Shown here: positions 27,071 through 39,640 of the stretch, in pieces | How the letters are laid out: each line of letters starts with the position of its first letter | How positions within the stretch are numbered: position 1 is the first letter of the stretch | Assembly (NCBI GenBank): GCA_030264375.1 | Contig: JASCQW010000027.1 | Span: forward strand, 62,292,814 to 62,356,813 | Direction of reading: 5' to 3' | DNA from: Carcharhinus longimanus | Lineage: Eukaryota | DNA length: 64,000 nt | Made by a program: the position numbers and the translations under genes | Notes under the pieces: model-generated | What the model was told of the DNA's origin: nothing | The model's database searches: none | Seen by the model: the letters and a program-made list of their open reading frames with translations, nothing else

Positions 27071-28362
27071 CATTTATCAGTGTGGCATTCACTCAAGGAG
27101 GCTAAGAGGTTAGACTGCCTAAAATACCTTTCTTTGTTGAAAAGGCACACAGAAGGGAAAACTTTGCTTGATGTAAAGCTTTAAAAGCTTTGATTTTCTG
27201 TTACCTATTTTGTCACCGGTATGTTTATTTACACCAGATAAAGAGGTGTCAAATGCTTATAGTTCATATTATTAATACTTTAAAGCTCTGGTTGATTGAC
27301 AGGGTAAGATTTTTTTAAATGGTTTTTGCAACAGCAGTTTTGTTTAAAGAAAGTTATGAATGTCTTTTTTTTAAGCACTTCCACACATGCCATTGTTACT
27401 GTATGGTACATTGGTTCTGTACGGTGGACTGGGTACTAATGTACTATGGGTTATCATGGATGGAATGAGTGGCTATTAAGGATGGGTGGGTGAGTGAGGG
27501 CTGGTGGGGCATGAGGGCAAGAAAGCCTAGTGTTTAACAAAATAACTCGGACAAAGTCCCAGAGAACCGAGGGGGACCTATTAAACAGCCTACCTTGCTC
27601 CTCCGCATCACTTACGGCCTTTTCCAATTTGTGTACCGGGCTGGTGCACTGAATCTATATTGCATTAGGACAAGGTGGGTGTGATGGGCTTGGAAATTTC
27701 CCAACTCAAGCTATCCATTTCAATGGTGAAAATCCACTCCTACGTATGAGTTCCTGGTATTTGCTGATTGAGTTATGGTTTGTAGTTTGGTCTGCATGCT
27801 TTTATGCAGGAATGCTACTCCGGATATCAAGGTGTTAATGTTTAACCTAATTCAAATTTCCATAACTAAAACACCACAAGGAATACTTGCTCAAATAAGA
27901 AATTAAGTTCCCGGATATATTATGAACTCAACAATGATGAGCTGACAATGTGATTTTTGATGAATAACTTCTGATATGTGACAACATGTGATACGACAAA
28001 ACTCAAATTCATCAACTGGTGTGCAGTTTAATAAAATACCACTTAACCCAGCACTTCATTCTTACTTGCCTTGCAATTCTGTTGCATAGGTCAAGAATCC
28101 TGTTCTCATGTTGCTTCAAATCATCAAGAGGAAACTTTTCTTCCTACCCAGAACTAACACTGCAAACTTCAGCCTTGGCTGAGAGAAATCAAGACTGTCC
28201 TCACACTTGATCATGCTGGAGAAGCAGCACACTAACATTAAACAGACTGCAGTAAAACTTGCATTTAAATTTGTTTCTTTGCCTAGTTCGTACAATTCAC
28301 CTACTTTCTTGGCTGTGACCAAAATAGAAAGGAAAACTTATGTTATTCAAACAACTTCTCAC

Positions 28363-28498
28363 CAAAGTTTCCACCATATTTGGCTTATTGTTCCGAAGTG
28401 TCTTTACTCCATGGAAAACATCAACCACATTTTGTCTTTTGATCATTTCACATATGATGTTAATGGCACAGAACATTCCACTACGTCCTCCTCCATTT
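28363..28498 (-). CDS. PTPRK: PTPRK coding exon (136 nt): (L)[45 protein letters not shown]
   Basis: tttcag|A AAT GGA GGA ... ACT TTG|gtgag; completes the D2 motif HCLNGGGRSG. Confidence 0.96.
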
Positions 28499-28532
28499 CT
28501 GAAATATGTTAAAAGACAAATTATAACACACA

Positions 28533-28818
28533 GAATCATAGAATCCTACAGTGCAGGAGGCCAAAATAGAGTCCCATCAAGTCTGCACCGACCACACTCC
28601 CACCCAAGCCCTATCCCCATAACCCCATCTATTTACCCTAAGTCCCCCTGACATTGCCAATCCACCTAAGCATCTTTGAACTGTGGGAGAAAACCTGAGC
28701 ACCTGGAGGAAACCCACACAGACGCAAGGAGAACATGCAAACTCCACACAGTGACCCTAGCCAGGAACTGAACCCAGATCCCTGGCACTATGAGGCAGCA
28801 ATGCTAATCACACACGCC
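28533..28818 (-). mobile_element. HE1-like V-SINE about 35 nt upstream of a PTPRK acceptor
   Basis: Reverse-complement V-domain and tail. Confidence 0.85.
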
Positions 28819-29402
28819 CTGCACACTCAAAATTTTCAATCTTCAAATCAACTTTTGAGCGAATCTTATAGATACATCATTTCTGCTGCACCAAAAAGTG
28901 TTTTATTTTAGATGTTTTAAATCTTTCTGATGATGCTTGTTTTCTCAGTGAAACAAATAATGCATCAATTCTGAAGAATGTTTATCAAAATGAATACATT
29001 GCTGTAATTTTAAAGACTTTTATTTATTTTATTTACAAATAGTATTTTCACTCTGGAGATCTATTTATAATTACTATAGCTCCATTTGCAGATTCCTCAT
29101 CCAAATTTCATAAAACTGCTTTGTTAACAATTATTCCTTTGACAAGAGACATACTGACATGGAGTTGCTGCCTTTTGCTTAATTTTTTTTGTATGCCCAC
29201 AGCTGAATGAAATTATCCCCATCTCCCACACTCAATCAAAGCAGAGTCAGAAATAAACAAATGGAGATTATTACATCAATCTTAAGCTTAGGCATCTTGC
29301 AAATATAATGCAGTGTAAACAAATGCATTGTTAGCAGCAGAAGTGAATAGTGAAAATTTGTTGGAGTCAATATGCAAAGAGTATCTTAATGACAATACTC
29401 AC

Positions 29403-29566
29403 AGGCAGTGAATAATAGTGCGCCCTTCTCCTTCATCACATTCTTCTTGCCACTTATCAACTTGAAGAATTAACTTCAAAAATGATCGCTTTGAGGCAGG
29501 TACTTCCCTGTGAGAAGCCCATCCTAAGTACTGGAACTGTTGCACCATAAGATATCCTTCTTGTGG
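29403..29566 (-). CDS. PTPRK: PTPRK coding exon (164 nt): [54 protein letters not shown](L)
   Basis: ctacag|CCA CAA GAA ... CAC TGC CT|gtgagt; D2 WAS loop in place of WPD. Confidence 0.96.
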
Positions 29567-30305
29567 CTGTAGGAGTAAACAAAGGATAGGCATTGACATA
29601 CCAGCTTCAATATAAAAATAATAACCAGCTGTTATCATCAAGGCTAGTTTAGCTTAACAGACAAGACATTTATGTGCATACGTTTGTATTATTTTTAAAT
29701 CTTTTGCTACAGTTTTTGTTTGTGGAATAATGATTCACAGAAGGTTTCTTATTCATTAAATTATGGGATTCCTGGCAAGGTCTGAATTTTTTGTCTATCC
29801 TTGAATTGCCTTTGAGAAAGTGCATGCAAACATTCCCTCAAATGCCTGCAGCCTGTGTGATGCTGATTAGGTTTTGGCATAGTAGTTTGGTACACTGAGT
29901 GGCTTGCTAGGCCATGTCAAAAAGATAGTTGAAAGTCAACATTTTTTCCATGAGATTGGGATTGATATAAAAGCAAAACACTGTGGATGCTGGGAATCTG
30001 AAGCAAAAACAGAGTGCTAGATTTTCATTTCATTTTAGAAATACGCAACAGGTCTGGCAGCATCTGTGGAGAATTGATCTTTTGAGTCCGTCTGACTTCT
30101 TCACAGCTTTAAAACTAAAGAGCGCAAACTAAAACCTCGCATAGTGTAGAAAGCTGAGTTTCCTGGTGGGTAGATTGGGTTAAAATTACCCCCTGATTTT
30201 CTAAATTATCTGGAATCGAGTCTATTAACAGGTTGCAAGTGAAATTTCAGGAACAGAACAGCCACATGAAACTCGGGAGATAGCAACTGGCCATATTTGA
30301 TTTGT

Positions 30306-31737
30306 CATTCGTCCATCGTCATCAATGAGGACCTCAACACCATTAGTCATCTTGAGGCTGGTTGTGGTGTATCCGAAAATGACTGATCAGGCCAATTCGG
30401 GCACGGAATGTCCTGGCACATATTGGGCAGACCTGTGTAGACACTGTAGGTGTTGCACTGGTGGCTCTGGACTTACGCAGCTCGCGCTTAAGTTGTGCTT
30501 CTGCAATGCACCTTGCTTCGTAAGCTTGACAGCCCTTGTTGGGATGAGGCAGCACCAGGTAGGGCAGTTTTGTGCCAGCATTTCCCAGGTGGTCGTGTCT
30601 ACGTCAAGCAACTTAAGGGAAGCCTCGCGTGTGTCTTTGTAACGTTTCTTCTGCCCTCCATGCAAGCGTCTTCCAGCAGAGAGTTCCCCAAAAAGGAGCT
30701 GCTTGGGTATGCGCTCGTCTGACATACGGATGACATGACCTGCCCACCGGGTCTGCGCTCTCATCAGCAGTGTGTGGACTGATGGTAGACTTGCTCTAGA
30801 GAGAACTTCAGTGTCTGGTACTTTGTCTTGCCATCTGATGTGTAATATTCTGTGAAGGCAAGTCATGTGGAAATGATTGAGCTGTCTTGCATGCCTTCGA
30901 TACACAGTCCACGTTTCACAGGCATACAGGAGAGTAGTGAGTACCGCTGCGCTGCAGACCTTCAGTTTTGTTGCTGAGTTGATTCCTCGACGTTCCCATA
31001 CAGTTGAGTGCAGTCTGCTGAAAGCAGAACTTGCCTTTGCTATTCTGCAGGTAACTTCTTTATCAATGGTCACTGCTTGGGAGAGGTGCTGCCAAAGTGA
31101 GTGAACTGGTCCACTGCCTGTAGTTTCTGCCCTTTGATTGTGATTATTGGTTCTGTGTATGGTGCATGAGGAGCAGGCTGGTGCCCGACTTGGTCTTTTT
31201 TAATGTTGGTGAGTCCAAAGTTGTCACGAGCTGTGGAAAATTTGTCCATACTGACTTGCATCTCTGGCTCTGAGCCAGAATACAGAGCGCAGTCATCAGC
31301 AAAGTGGAAGTCTCTCAGAACAGTCTCCTTCATTTTGGTAATAGCTTGAAGTCTCTTCAGGTTGAAGAGCTTCCCATCCACTCTGTATTTGAGACTGATT
31401 CCAGCTACACTGTCCTGGAAGGCATCATTCAGCATGGCAGTAAACATTATGCTGAACAGTGCGAGCATACAGCCCTGTTTGATGCCATTGGCGACTGGGA
31501 ATGCCTCAGAGGATTCTCTGACATCCAGTACTCTGGCCAACATGCTATCATAGAACTGGCGTACCATCTGAATGAATTTGGGGGGTGGGGTGGGGGGCAG
31601 CCGAACTTGGACATGATCCCCCACAGGCCTTGTTGGCTGACAGTGTCAAAGGCTTTCGCGAGGTCAAAAAAGGTTGTGCAGAGCTTGTGATTCTGCTCTT
31701 GACACTTATGAAGTTGGCGTGTAGCAAAAATCATGAG
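30306..31737 (-). mobile_element. RTE-clade LINE 3' portion (RT and C-terminal C2H2 finger), frameshifted
   Basis: ORF pieces FDLAKAFDTV, GIKQG, FADD, RIAKASSAFSRL, LLYACETW, RWAGHVIRMSDERIPKQLLFGEL, CPICARTFRARIGLISHFRIH. Confidence 0.92.
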
Positions 31738-32506
31738 CTAAAGTATGAAATTTCAAAAAACTAATTTCTGGACTTGAATGACCTGACCTTTTTGTTTTAC
31801 TTAACAAGGAGACTTTGATGCTGAGCAATAAGGATATGAAAAGCTGCATCTGACCAACTGGTTCGAGTGCTGGAATTCTGGTACCCAGCTCTCCAAGTAC
31901 TTTTCTATTTCATTCTTTTTGCTGCTTTTCCTTATTCAAATTTGGTTAAGCTGAAGATTAGGAGAAGATTGGTGATTGTGTTAATGCACTGAATAAATCC
32001 TGAATCAGAATAATTGAACTGGTCATGACCAATTGCGGATAAATGCAACTGAATAAGAAAATTGGTTTTAAACTTTGGTTCCCCAAGAGGTGCCATTGTG
32101 CAAAGCTCAGCAGCACCCACGCCTGGGCACTGATGTTCTCAGTGGATACATTTCAGTACTGGCACAAGAATATCATTTGTGCATTACTTCGTACAGCATG
32201 CTTTTCATTCAAAAAATCTTAAAATGGGGCGGGGGTGGGATATTCCTGCATGTCCGTGTTTCCCTTTGCTAAATTAATTCCCTTTTATCCAAATTCTGAA
32301 TCCTTGTCATCTTCCACAATATCCTCCTTACTGCACAGCATGATGTATTTTTGCAGCCCTTTGTCAGATTGCAGAAACATTAAGTATTGATTTACCAGCA
32401 CTTGGTTTTTACCTTCTAGTGAGTATTGGTAGGCTTTATTTTCACTTTGGTTGAGTTGTAGAGGGAAGTCATGGTGCACTTTCTTATGAACATAGTTGAT
32501 CCTCAA

Positions 32507-33558
32507 TGTGAGGGCACCCCAAATCCCAGAAGGGAAATTTGGAACCCTGGGAAGTGAAAATTTGGTGCAAGTGTGAAGAGGTGCTCATGATTCTTTGCTT
32601 TCTAACTTGTTCGTCTTCAGAAAGTGCTTTTGCCCTGTTACAAGAGTAGAAGCTTGTTACTTGGTGAGTATTTCAGCTGCTGGGAGGACGCAGTGAGTTT
32701 AGAAAAGACAATTGTGAAGTCATGGGAAACTGGGAAATGGATTGGCAGGTCAGGGCTCCTCATAAGGGGCAATGTGTGAGAAACAAACATATGAAATAAA
32801 GGAAAGTTTGGGCGTATGTATGGTAACGCAACAAATCCAAAATAGAAGAGTTGTGTGGTGATAGTGCAGTTGATAGAAATGTATACTTTACGCTGAAGGG
32901 GAATGGTCAAACATTTAGCTTTCGCTTGCAAGGTAGCAGGTTTGTGTGGAAAACATGTTGGGATAGCAGAAAAACACTCATGTTAACTTTGCCAATGCTG
33001 ATATTAAGTAGAGTGAGTTGACTTTAGTTTACTTAACTTCCCCTGGGATTTCTGATTATTCTGATTGATAGGGTCATGTAATGATGTGGTTTATTTAGAG
33101 CTGTCGCAGGAAAAAAAGCTTGTGCAGAAAAGATTTCAGTTTGCAGCTGAAGCCCGGTTGAAGCTCGAAGAATTTTACAGGCCTCAGGAACTCATTTTTC
33201 TCAGTTAAAGCTTCAGATTCTCTACACTAATTATAGCAAGTATATTATGGTTGATAACTATTTGAAGTAGCGTTTAAGTTTAAGAATGTTGCTTATTTGG
33301 AACTGAAAACGTGATGTTAGTAATTGAAGTTGTTTCCTTTTTATTTGTAAATATTGTACAACTGCTAATAGTTGCTTAATTTTTTGAAATTGTACTTAAA
33401 CTGTGTTTTTAAATAAACTTTGTTTTACTATAAAAGATACTTGTCAGTGGAATTACTCCTGGAGCAAAACATGCTCTCCTCACAATGCCAAAATGGGAAA
33501 ATTGCAGTCTAGTCTGGTGCCCTAATATAATTTGTGGTTCTACTCTGGGTCACCTACA
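32507..33558 (+). mobile_element. Candidate solo LTR
   Basis: Begins TGTGA, ends TACA, AATAAA at about 33412 with a U5-like tail; no clear TSD. Confidence 0.45.
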
Positions 33559-33587
33559 GTTACTGCAAGTGAAGTAAAGATTAGATA

Positions 33588-34608
33588 TGGTAGGGCTGCT
33601 CAGTCAAGTGGAATGCATATTCTGTAATATGTATGAAGTCAACAATGCTACTTACGTCCTAGCTGATATATGCAGGAAGTGCTGCCAGCTGTAGAAACTT
33701 GAGCTTCGGGTTCAGAGCTTGAGTGGCAGCTGGAGTCATTGTGCCACATCTGCAAGGCTAATGTGGATAGCATGTTCAGAAGAGGTGGTCACACTGCACC
33801 ATAAGGGCCTGGAGACATGGTGACCACCATGCAGCCCAAGAGAATGAGGCATGTATTGCAGGAATCCCCTGGGGCCCTGCTCACCAATTGGTTTTCCATT
33901 TTGGAAGCTGCTGTGAGCTCTGGTTTCTCGGGAGCACAGTCAGAGTCAGGTTTGTGCACTGCGAGTGGGTCAGCTTTATAAGAGGTGAGGAAGGAGAAGG
34001 GAGGAGCAATAGTAATACTGGATTGATTAATTTGGCAACAATGGGGTGTTTCTGTGACATATGTTCCCTCCCTGTTGGCAGTGCTGAGGATGTCACAGAG
34101 CAGCTGCAGAGCGTACATCTGTGACAGGGTGAACAGCCAGAGGTGGTGCTCCAGATAGGTGCCAATGACTTGGGTAAGAAGGGGGATGGGGTCCAGCAAT
34201 CAGAATTTGGGACACTCAGCGGAAAATTTGCAAGCAAGCCTTCAAAAGTTCTAATCTCTGGATTACTCCTCGTGCCAAGTGAAAGTGAGTGCAGAACTAA
34301 GATGAGGCAGATGAATACATGGCTGAAAAGATGGTGCAGGACACAGGGCTTTTATATTCCTGGGGCACTGGGACTGTCTCTGGCAGAGATGGCACCTGTA
34401 CAAGCTGGGCAGGTTGTGTCTCACCAGAGTTGGGATTGAATTCCTTGAGGGATATTTTTCTAGTATAGTTGGGGTTTTAAGCTAATTTGGTAGGGATGTG
34501 GGAACTAGGAGGAAACATCGGAGAGGAATACCAAGTCTTTCAAAATACTGGGTGGGGGACAGAACACAGTAGAATAGAAAATAGCAAGTTAATAGGTGAA
34601 ATCAGAGC
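33588..34608 (+). mobile_element. CR1 ORF1 remnant (zinc finger/coiled coil plus SGNH esterase)
   Basis: VLQIGANDLG...SKVLISGLLLVP...MRQMNTWLKRWCRTQGF; upstream ECIFCNMYE and ICRKC. Confidence 0.82.
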
Positions 34609-34708
34609 NNNNNNNNNNNNNNNNNNNNNNNNNNNNNNNNNNNNNNNNNNNNNNNNNNNNNNNNNNNNNNNNNNNNNNNNNNNNNNNNNNNNNNNNNNNN
34701 NNNNNNNN

Positions 34709-35180
34709 ACTAGCGCTTGATTTGGATTAAAGTGAGGGAGAGTTGCGCAGCGTCAGCCTCACTCTCTCTTCCCAATTCCCATCTAAATCCAGTGGCAAGA
34801 CAAGAGTCAAGACGGCTGGAGGTGGGACTAGGTGCAGTGGATGACCAGGACGTCTTCTGTGTCTTGTCCTGCTCTTTGCATTCCACGACGCTTGCAGAGA
34901 CCGCCTTCTTGACTGTTGGACCTTCCATTGGTCTCGTCCGTTCAATCCACCAGACTCTGTCTTCACATGCTGGGATAGACATCTCCCTATCTCACCGAGG
35001 GTTGAGATCCATCGGCAACCCTCACCTGGTTTAGCCGGCTTGTTGAGGCCATTGCTCGGGGTGTGGCTGCTGTCGCATGCAAACAGCTATGGGGAGCCAC
35101 AGGTGAGAGCTGAGGACAAAGGGTGGACAAACCGCCCTGAAAAGGACGCGACCAGAGGTACTACCCCTCCCTGACACCCC
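34709..35180 (-). mobile_element. RTE-clade LINE 5' UTR running into an N gap
   Basis: GC-rich island with an abrupt boundary near 35180; blocks such as ggtcatccactgca, gtcttgccactgga and gagagtgaggctga recall vertebrate RTE 5' UTRs (from memory); begins with an HDV-like fold as described for RTE elements. Confidence 0.65.
35019..35180 (-). ncRNA. HDV-like self-cleaving ribozyme fold at the 5' end of an RTE LINE
   Basis: Nested pseudoknot read by eye: P1 GGGGTGT/ACACCCC, P2 CTCTCACCTG/CAGGTGAGGG, P3 GGC/GCC, L3 starting TCC, P4 GGC..GCC, J4/2 GGCTAA containing the catalytic C position. Confidence 0.7.
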
Positions 35181-36477
35181 ATACACCCTCATATTTGATT
35201 TACATGGGGATAAAAATTTGTCTACCAAGGGGATACTACTTACACCGGAATAACAATTCATAAAATTAAAGCTCCCTAAAACTTTCCCAAGTAGTCAGTC
35301 TTCTGGTATGGAGTGGACACCACATGTTGATGATTTAACCATTGGACATCACAGCTGATCTGGATCCTGTCTTCATCTGAAATCTACCATTATGGGAGCC
35401 TTCGCTTGTTACTGATCATGTTTTCACATCTCTGCCCTGACAAATCCTGACGAAACAAACCCTTACACCTGCTAAGATTAACCAACTTTGTGTAAATCAA
35501 ACCATGGCCTTCTCTCATGTGAATGGTTAAGCAATACACCTGTATTTTCTGAATTGTATAATGTGGATTTAAACTGCAATCAAATAATTTGCAACAGCAT
35601 TAGAGGCTCCAACAACTGAGATGGATATTATTTTTGTAATAGGTTTTATATTCTTCATTACTTCTTTACAATGTTATTTGAGCATTAGGAGGTCACTTAA
35701 AATTACAATAATCTGAAATGTAGCCTGTGTTTTAATGTTACTGCATCTTAAATTCCAACCCCTCCCTTTTTTTAAAAACTTGACTTGGAATCAATATTAA
35801 TCATCCTCAAGTGAAAGTCAAGCATTAGAAATCTGGAAAAATACTTCCACATAGTCGTCTGTGCACTGTGACACCCAGCTTTTCTAGTACTTTTTGTTTT
35901 TGTTTCAGATTTCCAGCATCCACATTTTGCTTTTGCAAAAAAACATCCATGGGAGCAGGCTTGTAGTTTAAGATTTCATAATCAATAAAAGGTGATTATA
36001 TCCATCAAGAATCTTAACTCCCATTGGCTCACGTGTCAATGGCTTATTTTATTTTTTGTGTCTTTGCATTCCATTGAGTGTGCTATCTTTTAAACTGTCA
36101 CTTTTCATATAAAAATAACTCATTCATCCCCTGCTTCAGTAGAGTAAATGTAATATCTCAGATCCAACTCTTCTGCTTCTATTCATTTTACCTCGACTTG
36201 CTGTTATGATTGACAGTTTTAGCCTCAAATTTATTCCTGGTATACCGATTTTTCAAATGTGATTTGTTTCATTAAAAAAAATCTATGTTGAGCATATATT
36301 TTTTCTCACTCCTTCTTTTATTATTGCACTAAAACTTCTCAATTGTGTTGTTCACTTTCTTCCTCCTCATTATTTTCTTCAATGGATCACATTGTAAGAT
36401 ATATGAAGGGCAGCATAGTGTATTTATATTGCCCAGCATAGTGCTAGCAAACATTTGATCTGATAAGCAAATAAAAA

Positions 36478-36635
36478 AGTTTAGTTATTAGTCACAAGTA
36501 AGGCTTATATTAACACTGCAATGAAGTTACTGTGAAATTCCCCTAGTTGCCACACTCTGATGGTTGTTCAGATCAATGTACCTAACCAGCACATCTTTCA
36601 GGAGGTGGGAGGAAATCCACACCGACACAGGGAGA
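36478..36635 (-). mobile_element. V-SINE variant with alternative tail, truncated by a gap
   Basis: Tail tcacaagtaaggcttatattaacactgcaatgaagttactgtgaaa shared with 39641-39926. Confidence 0.75.
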
Positions 36636-37195
36636 NNNNNNNNNNACTTTCATAAAGCTAAACTAAATTAAAAGCAAAACCATTACAAAAATCAACTTCA
36701 GGAATTCTAAAAAGACTTTAAGTCAGTTCTGCCTTTCAGTATAATTCACCTGCATTACATTTTGAGAGTGGTCATTCTTTTTTGGCGGCCTTATATTAAT
36801 GTGTGTATTATGTTATTGTGATGTTCAATTTGAATAATTTCACATACAAATATTGGGAGAGAATGCAACCGAAATATTTGGCTAAAATCAAAACGGAAAT
36901 CTTCCGAAGTACACATCATAGATGGATTCCCCGGTTCAATAATGTCAATTCACTAGTTCACTAAAAGAAAAGTGAATTTTTTTGATTTGCGTTAGTTACA
37001 CTATGAAATTAATTCACTGGATTCAGTTCAGTGAATCACACATGATAAAATTATTTATCTGGATGTTGTTCACTGGGAAGTAAATTATAAAATTAACTTG
37101 ATGGGTTCAATTTACTGAGCCAAACATGAAATTAATTTGCTTGATTCCATTGAGTGAAGGGAATTTGATTCATCTAGATAAAATTATAAAGTAAC

Positions 37196-37437
37196 TTACA
37201 TAAGAAATAGGAAATAGGAGCAGGAGTAGGCCATCTGGCCCTTCGAGCCTGCCCCGCCATTNNNNNNNNNNNNNNNNNNNNNNNNNNNNNNNNNNNNNNN
37301 NNNNNNNNNNNNNNNNNNNNNNNNNNNNNNNNNNNNNNNNNNNNNNNNNNNNNNNNNNNNNCTATGAAGGCCAGCATCCCATTCGCCTTCCTGATCACCT
37401 GCTGCACCTGCAAGCTGGGTTTTTGCGACTCATGCAC
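37196..37437 (-). mobile_element. Young CR1/HER1 3' fragment spanning an N gap
   Basis: QVQQVIRKANGMLAFI then gap then the same 3' tail as 5091-5158. Confidence 0.85.
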
Positions 37438-38762
37438 ACATCACTGCATCACAATGACACAGAAATTATACTTACTGAGGGACAGACAATTTAACTAATT
37501 GTGTGGATTGAATATCATGGAAAATACGGCCATCACCTTCATTAACCAGTTCAAGGTGTGTACCCATCACCAACTGGGGAACAACGAGGGAAGGGCAATA
37601 AATACAGTCTTGTCAAAATCGCCCAGATATCAAGATTAAGTATAAAAAGGACTGGTTGGCAAGTTGCAACCCAGAACTTCAATTACAAGAATTCTAGACA
37701 AAAGAGAAGTGTTGGCAACCGGAAGAAACTGGCCATGAAACGATGCTGAACACAAAACTGGATTCCTAGAAAGTCCAAATGCATGAGACTGAGTGCAATC
37801 CCGCAGGATTGGATAGCAGCATTAAATAATTCCATAGAATGATACAGCAAGGGCTGAAATGTTGACACGTGGCAAGAAGAGCAATAAGAAGCAACTAAAA
37901 TAGGTTCCAGTTACTGTAAAAATGTTCAAGTGTGTTAAATATTTAATTGCCAAAATATTATATTCACTTCATTGCACAATCCATGAAAATCAGGCATGTT
38001 CTTGACCTGTGACTGTATAACTGCAAAAGTAATTGGTTATAGAGCAATATTGTGATAGAATTTAATTCATGTTACATGATATATTCCCACTTCGTCAATC
38101 TGTAACATTACTTTAAAAATAGCTTCTATAATGCAAATTTGTTCTCCCATCCAACAACCATAAAAATGAAAAAAGTTGTTGGAGAATTTGATTTTCTTTT
38201 TTTTTGTTTTTTTGTATTTTCAAAAGAGAATACAAAACAGAATTTTGTACATTTGGCATCTCCCCAAACAATTGCTTTGCCTGACTAAAAGAATTTCTTT
38301 TAACCACTTCTGCCAGTGTAATTCCACAGTTATCAGGAAATGTACAAGACTGGCACTTGATGACTGACCTTCTGAATTTCCCTTTCACAAGAGGGAAACT
38401 CACATCCAGTGGCAAATGGTACCCAGGATATAGCAACACAAACGTAATAGTGCCAGGACAAAACCACACATTACCATCAGTAACCCATTTTACCAGTGCA
38501 AGGCATTGTCATTCTGAATGCTGCATCATCACATATTATAACATGCATTTTTAGATAACAAGTTCATTTCAAACTTCAAATTATATTTTATATGCACACA
38601 CTATACATATTTTTTTATTAAAATGGGACATGTCTGTAAAATGAAGTATGCGCACCAGATCGGTAGGAATTAATTCTTCTGTAAATTAAGTTGATAAAAT
38701 TACTTTGAAATCATGCATTCTAAATGCAAAAATTAAAAATAACTGGTACAACTGTCCTTTGG

Positions 38763-39600
38763 ACATAGAAACATAGAAAAACTACAGCACAAACAGGCCC
38801 TTCGGCCCACAAGTTGCGNNNNNNNNNNNNNNNNNNNNNNNNNNNNNNNNNNNNNNNNNNNNNNNNNNNNNNNNNNNNNNNNNNNNNNNNNNNNNNNNNN
38901 NNNNNNNNNNNNNNNNNNNNNNNNNNNNNNNNNNNNNNNNNNNNNNNNNNNNNNNNNNNNNNNNNNNNNNNNNNNNNNNNNNNNNNNNNNNNNNNNNNNN
39001 NNNNNNNNNNNNNNNNNNNNNNNNNNNNNNNNNNNNNNNNNNNNNNNNNNNNNNNNNNNNNNNNNNNNNNNNNNNNNNNNNNNNNNNNNNNNNNNNNNNN
39101 NNNNNNNNNNNNNNNNNNNNNNNNNNNNNNNNNNNNNNNNNNNNNNNNNNNNNNNNNNNNNNNNNNNNNNNNNNNNNNNNNNNNNNNNNNNNNNNNNNNN
39201 NNNNNNNNNNNNNNNNNNNNNNNNNNNNNNNNNNNNATCAGCCATGATCTTATTGAATGGCGGGGCAGGCTCGAAGGGCTAGATGGCCTACTCCTGCTCC
39301 TATTTCTTATGATAGAGTGGATGTAGCTGTTACTAGGGGGCATAACTATAAGGTTCATGGTGGGAGACATAAGAGGGATGTCCGAGATAGATTCTTCACT
39401 CAGCGAGTGGCTGGGGTGTGGAATAGACTGCCTGCTGTGATAGTGGAGTCGGACTCTTTAGGAACTTTCAAGCAGTTACTGGATAGGCATATGGAGCACA
39501 TCAGAATGATAGGGAGTGGGATAGCTAGATCTTGGGATTGGACTTAGCTCAGCACAACATTGAGGGCCGAAGGGCCTGTACTGTGCTGTAATGTTCTATG
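38763..39600. mobile_element. Cluster of CR1/HER1 3' ends around a large gap
   Basis: Minus-strand tail 38763-38818, plus-strand tail 39237-39310, plus-strand fragment TRGHNYKV..FFTQRVAGVWNRLP 39310-39600. Confidence 0.8.
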
Positions 39601-39640
39601 TGAAGTTTATTTTTTAAATGAGGAAGCAAAACCTGTTTCT

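Noticed and set aside
31580-31597. G-run (G6-T-G4-T-G6) as a G-quadruplex
   Set aside because: Only three runs; best explained as slippage expansion within a dead RTE frame.
38720-39370. Long ORFs in the track (also 980-1564 and 51359-51814)
   Set aside because: Their length comes from N runs translated as X; the flanks are repeats.
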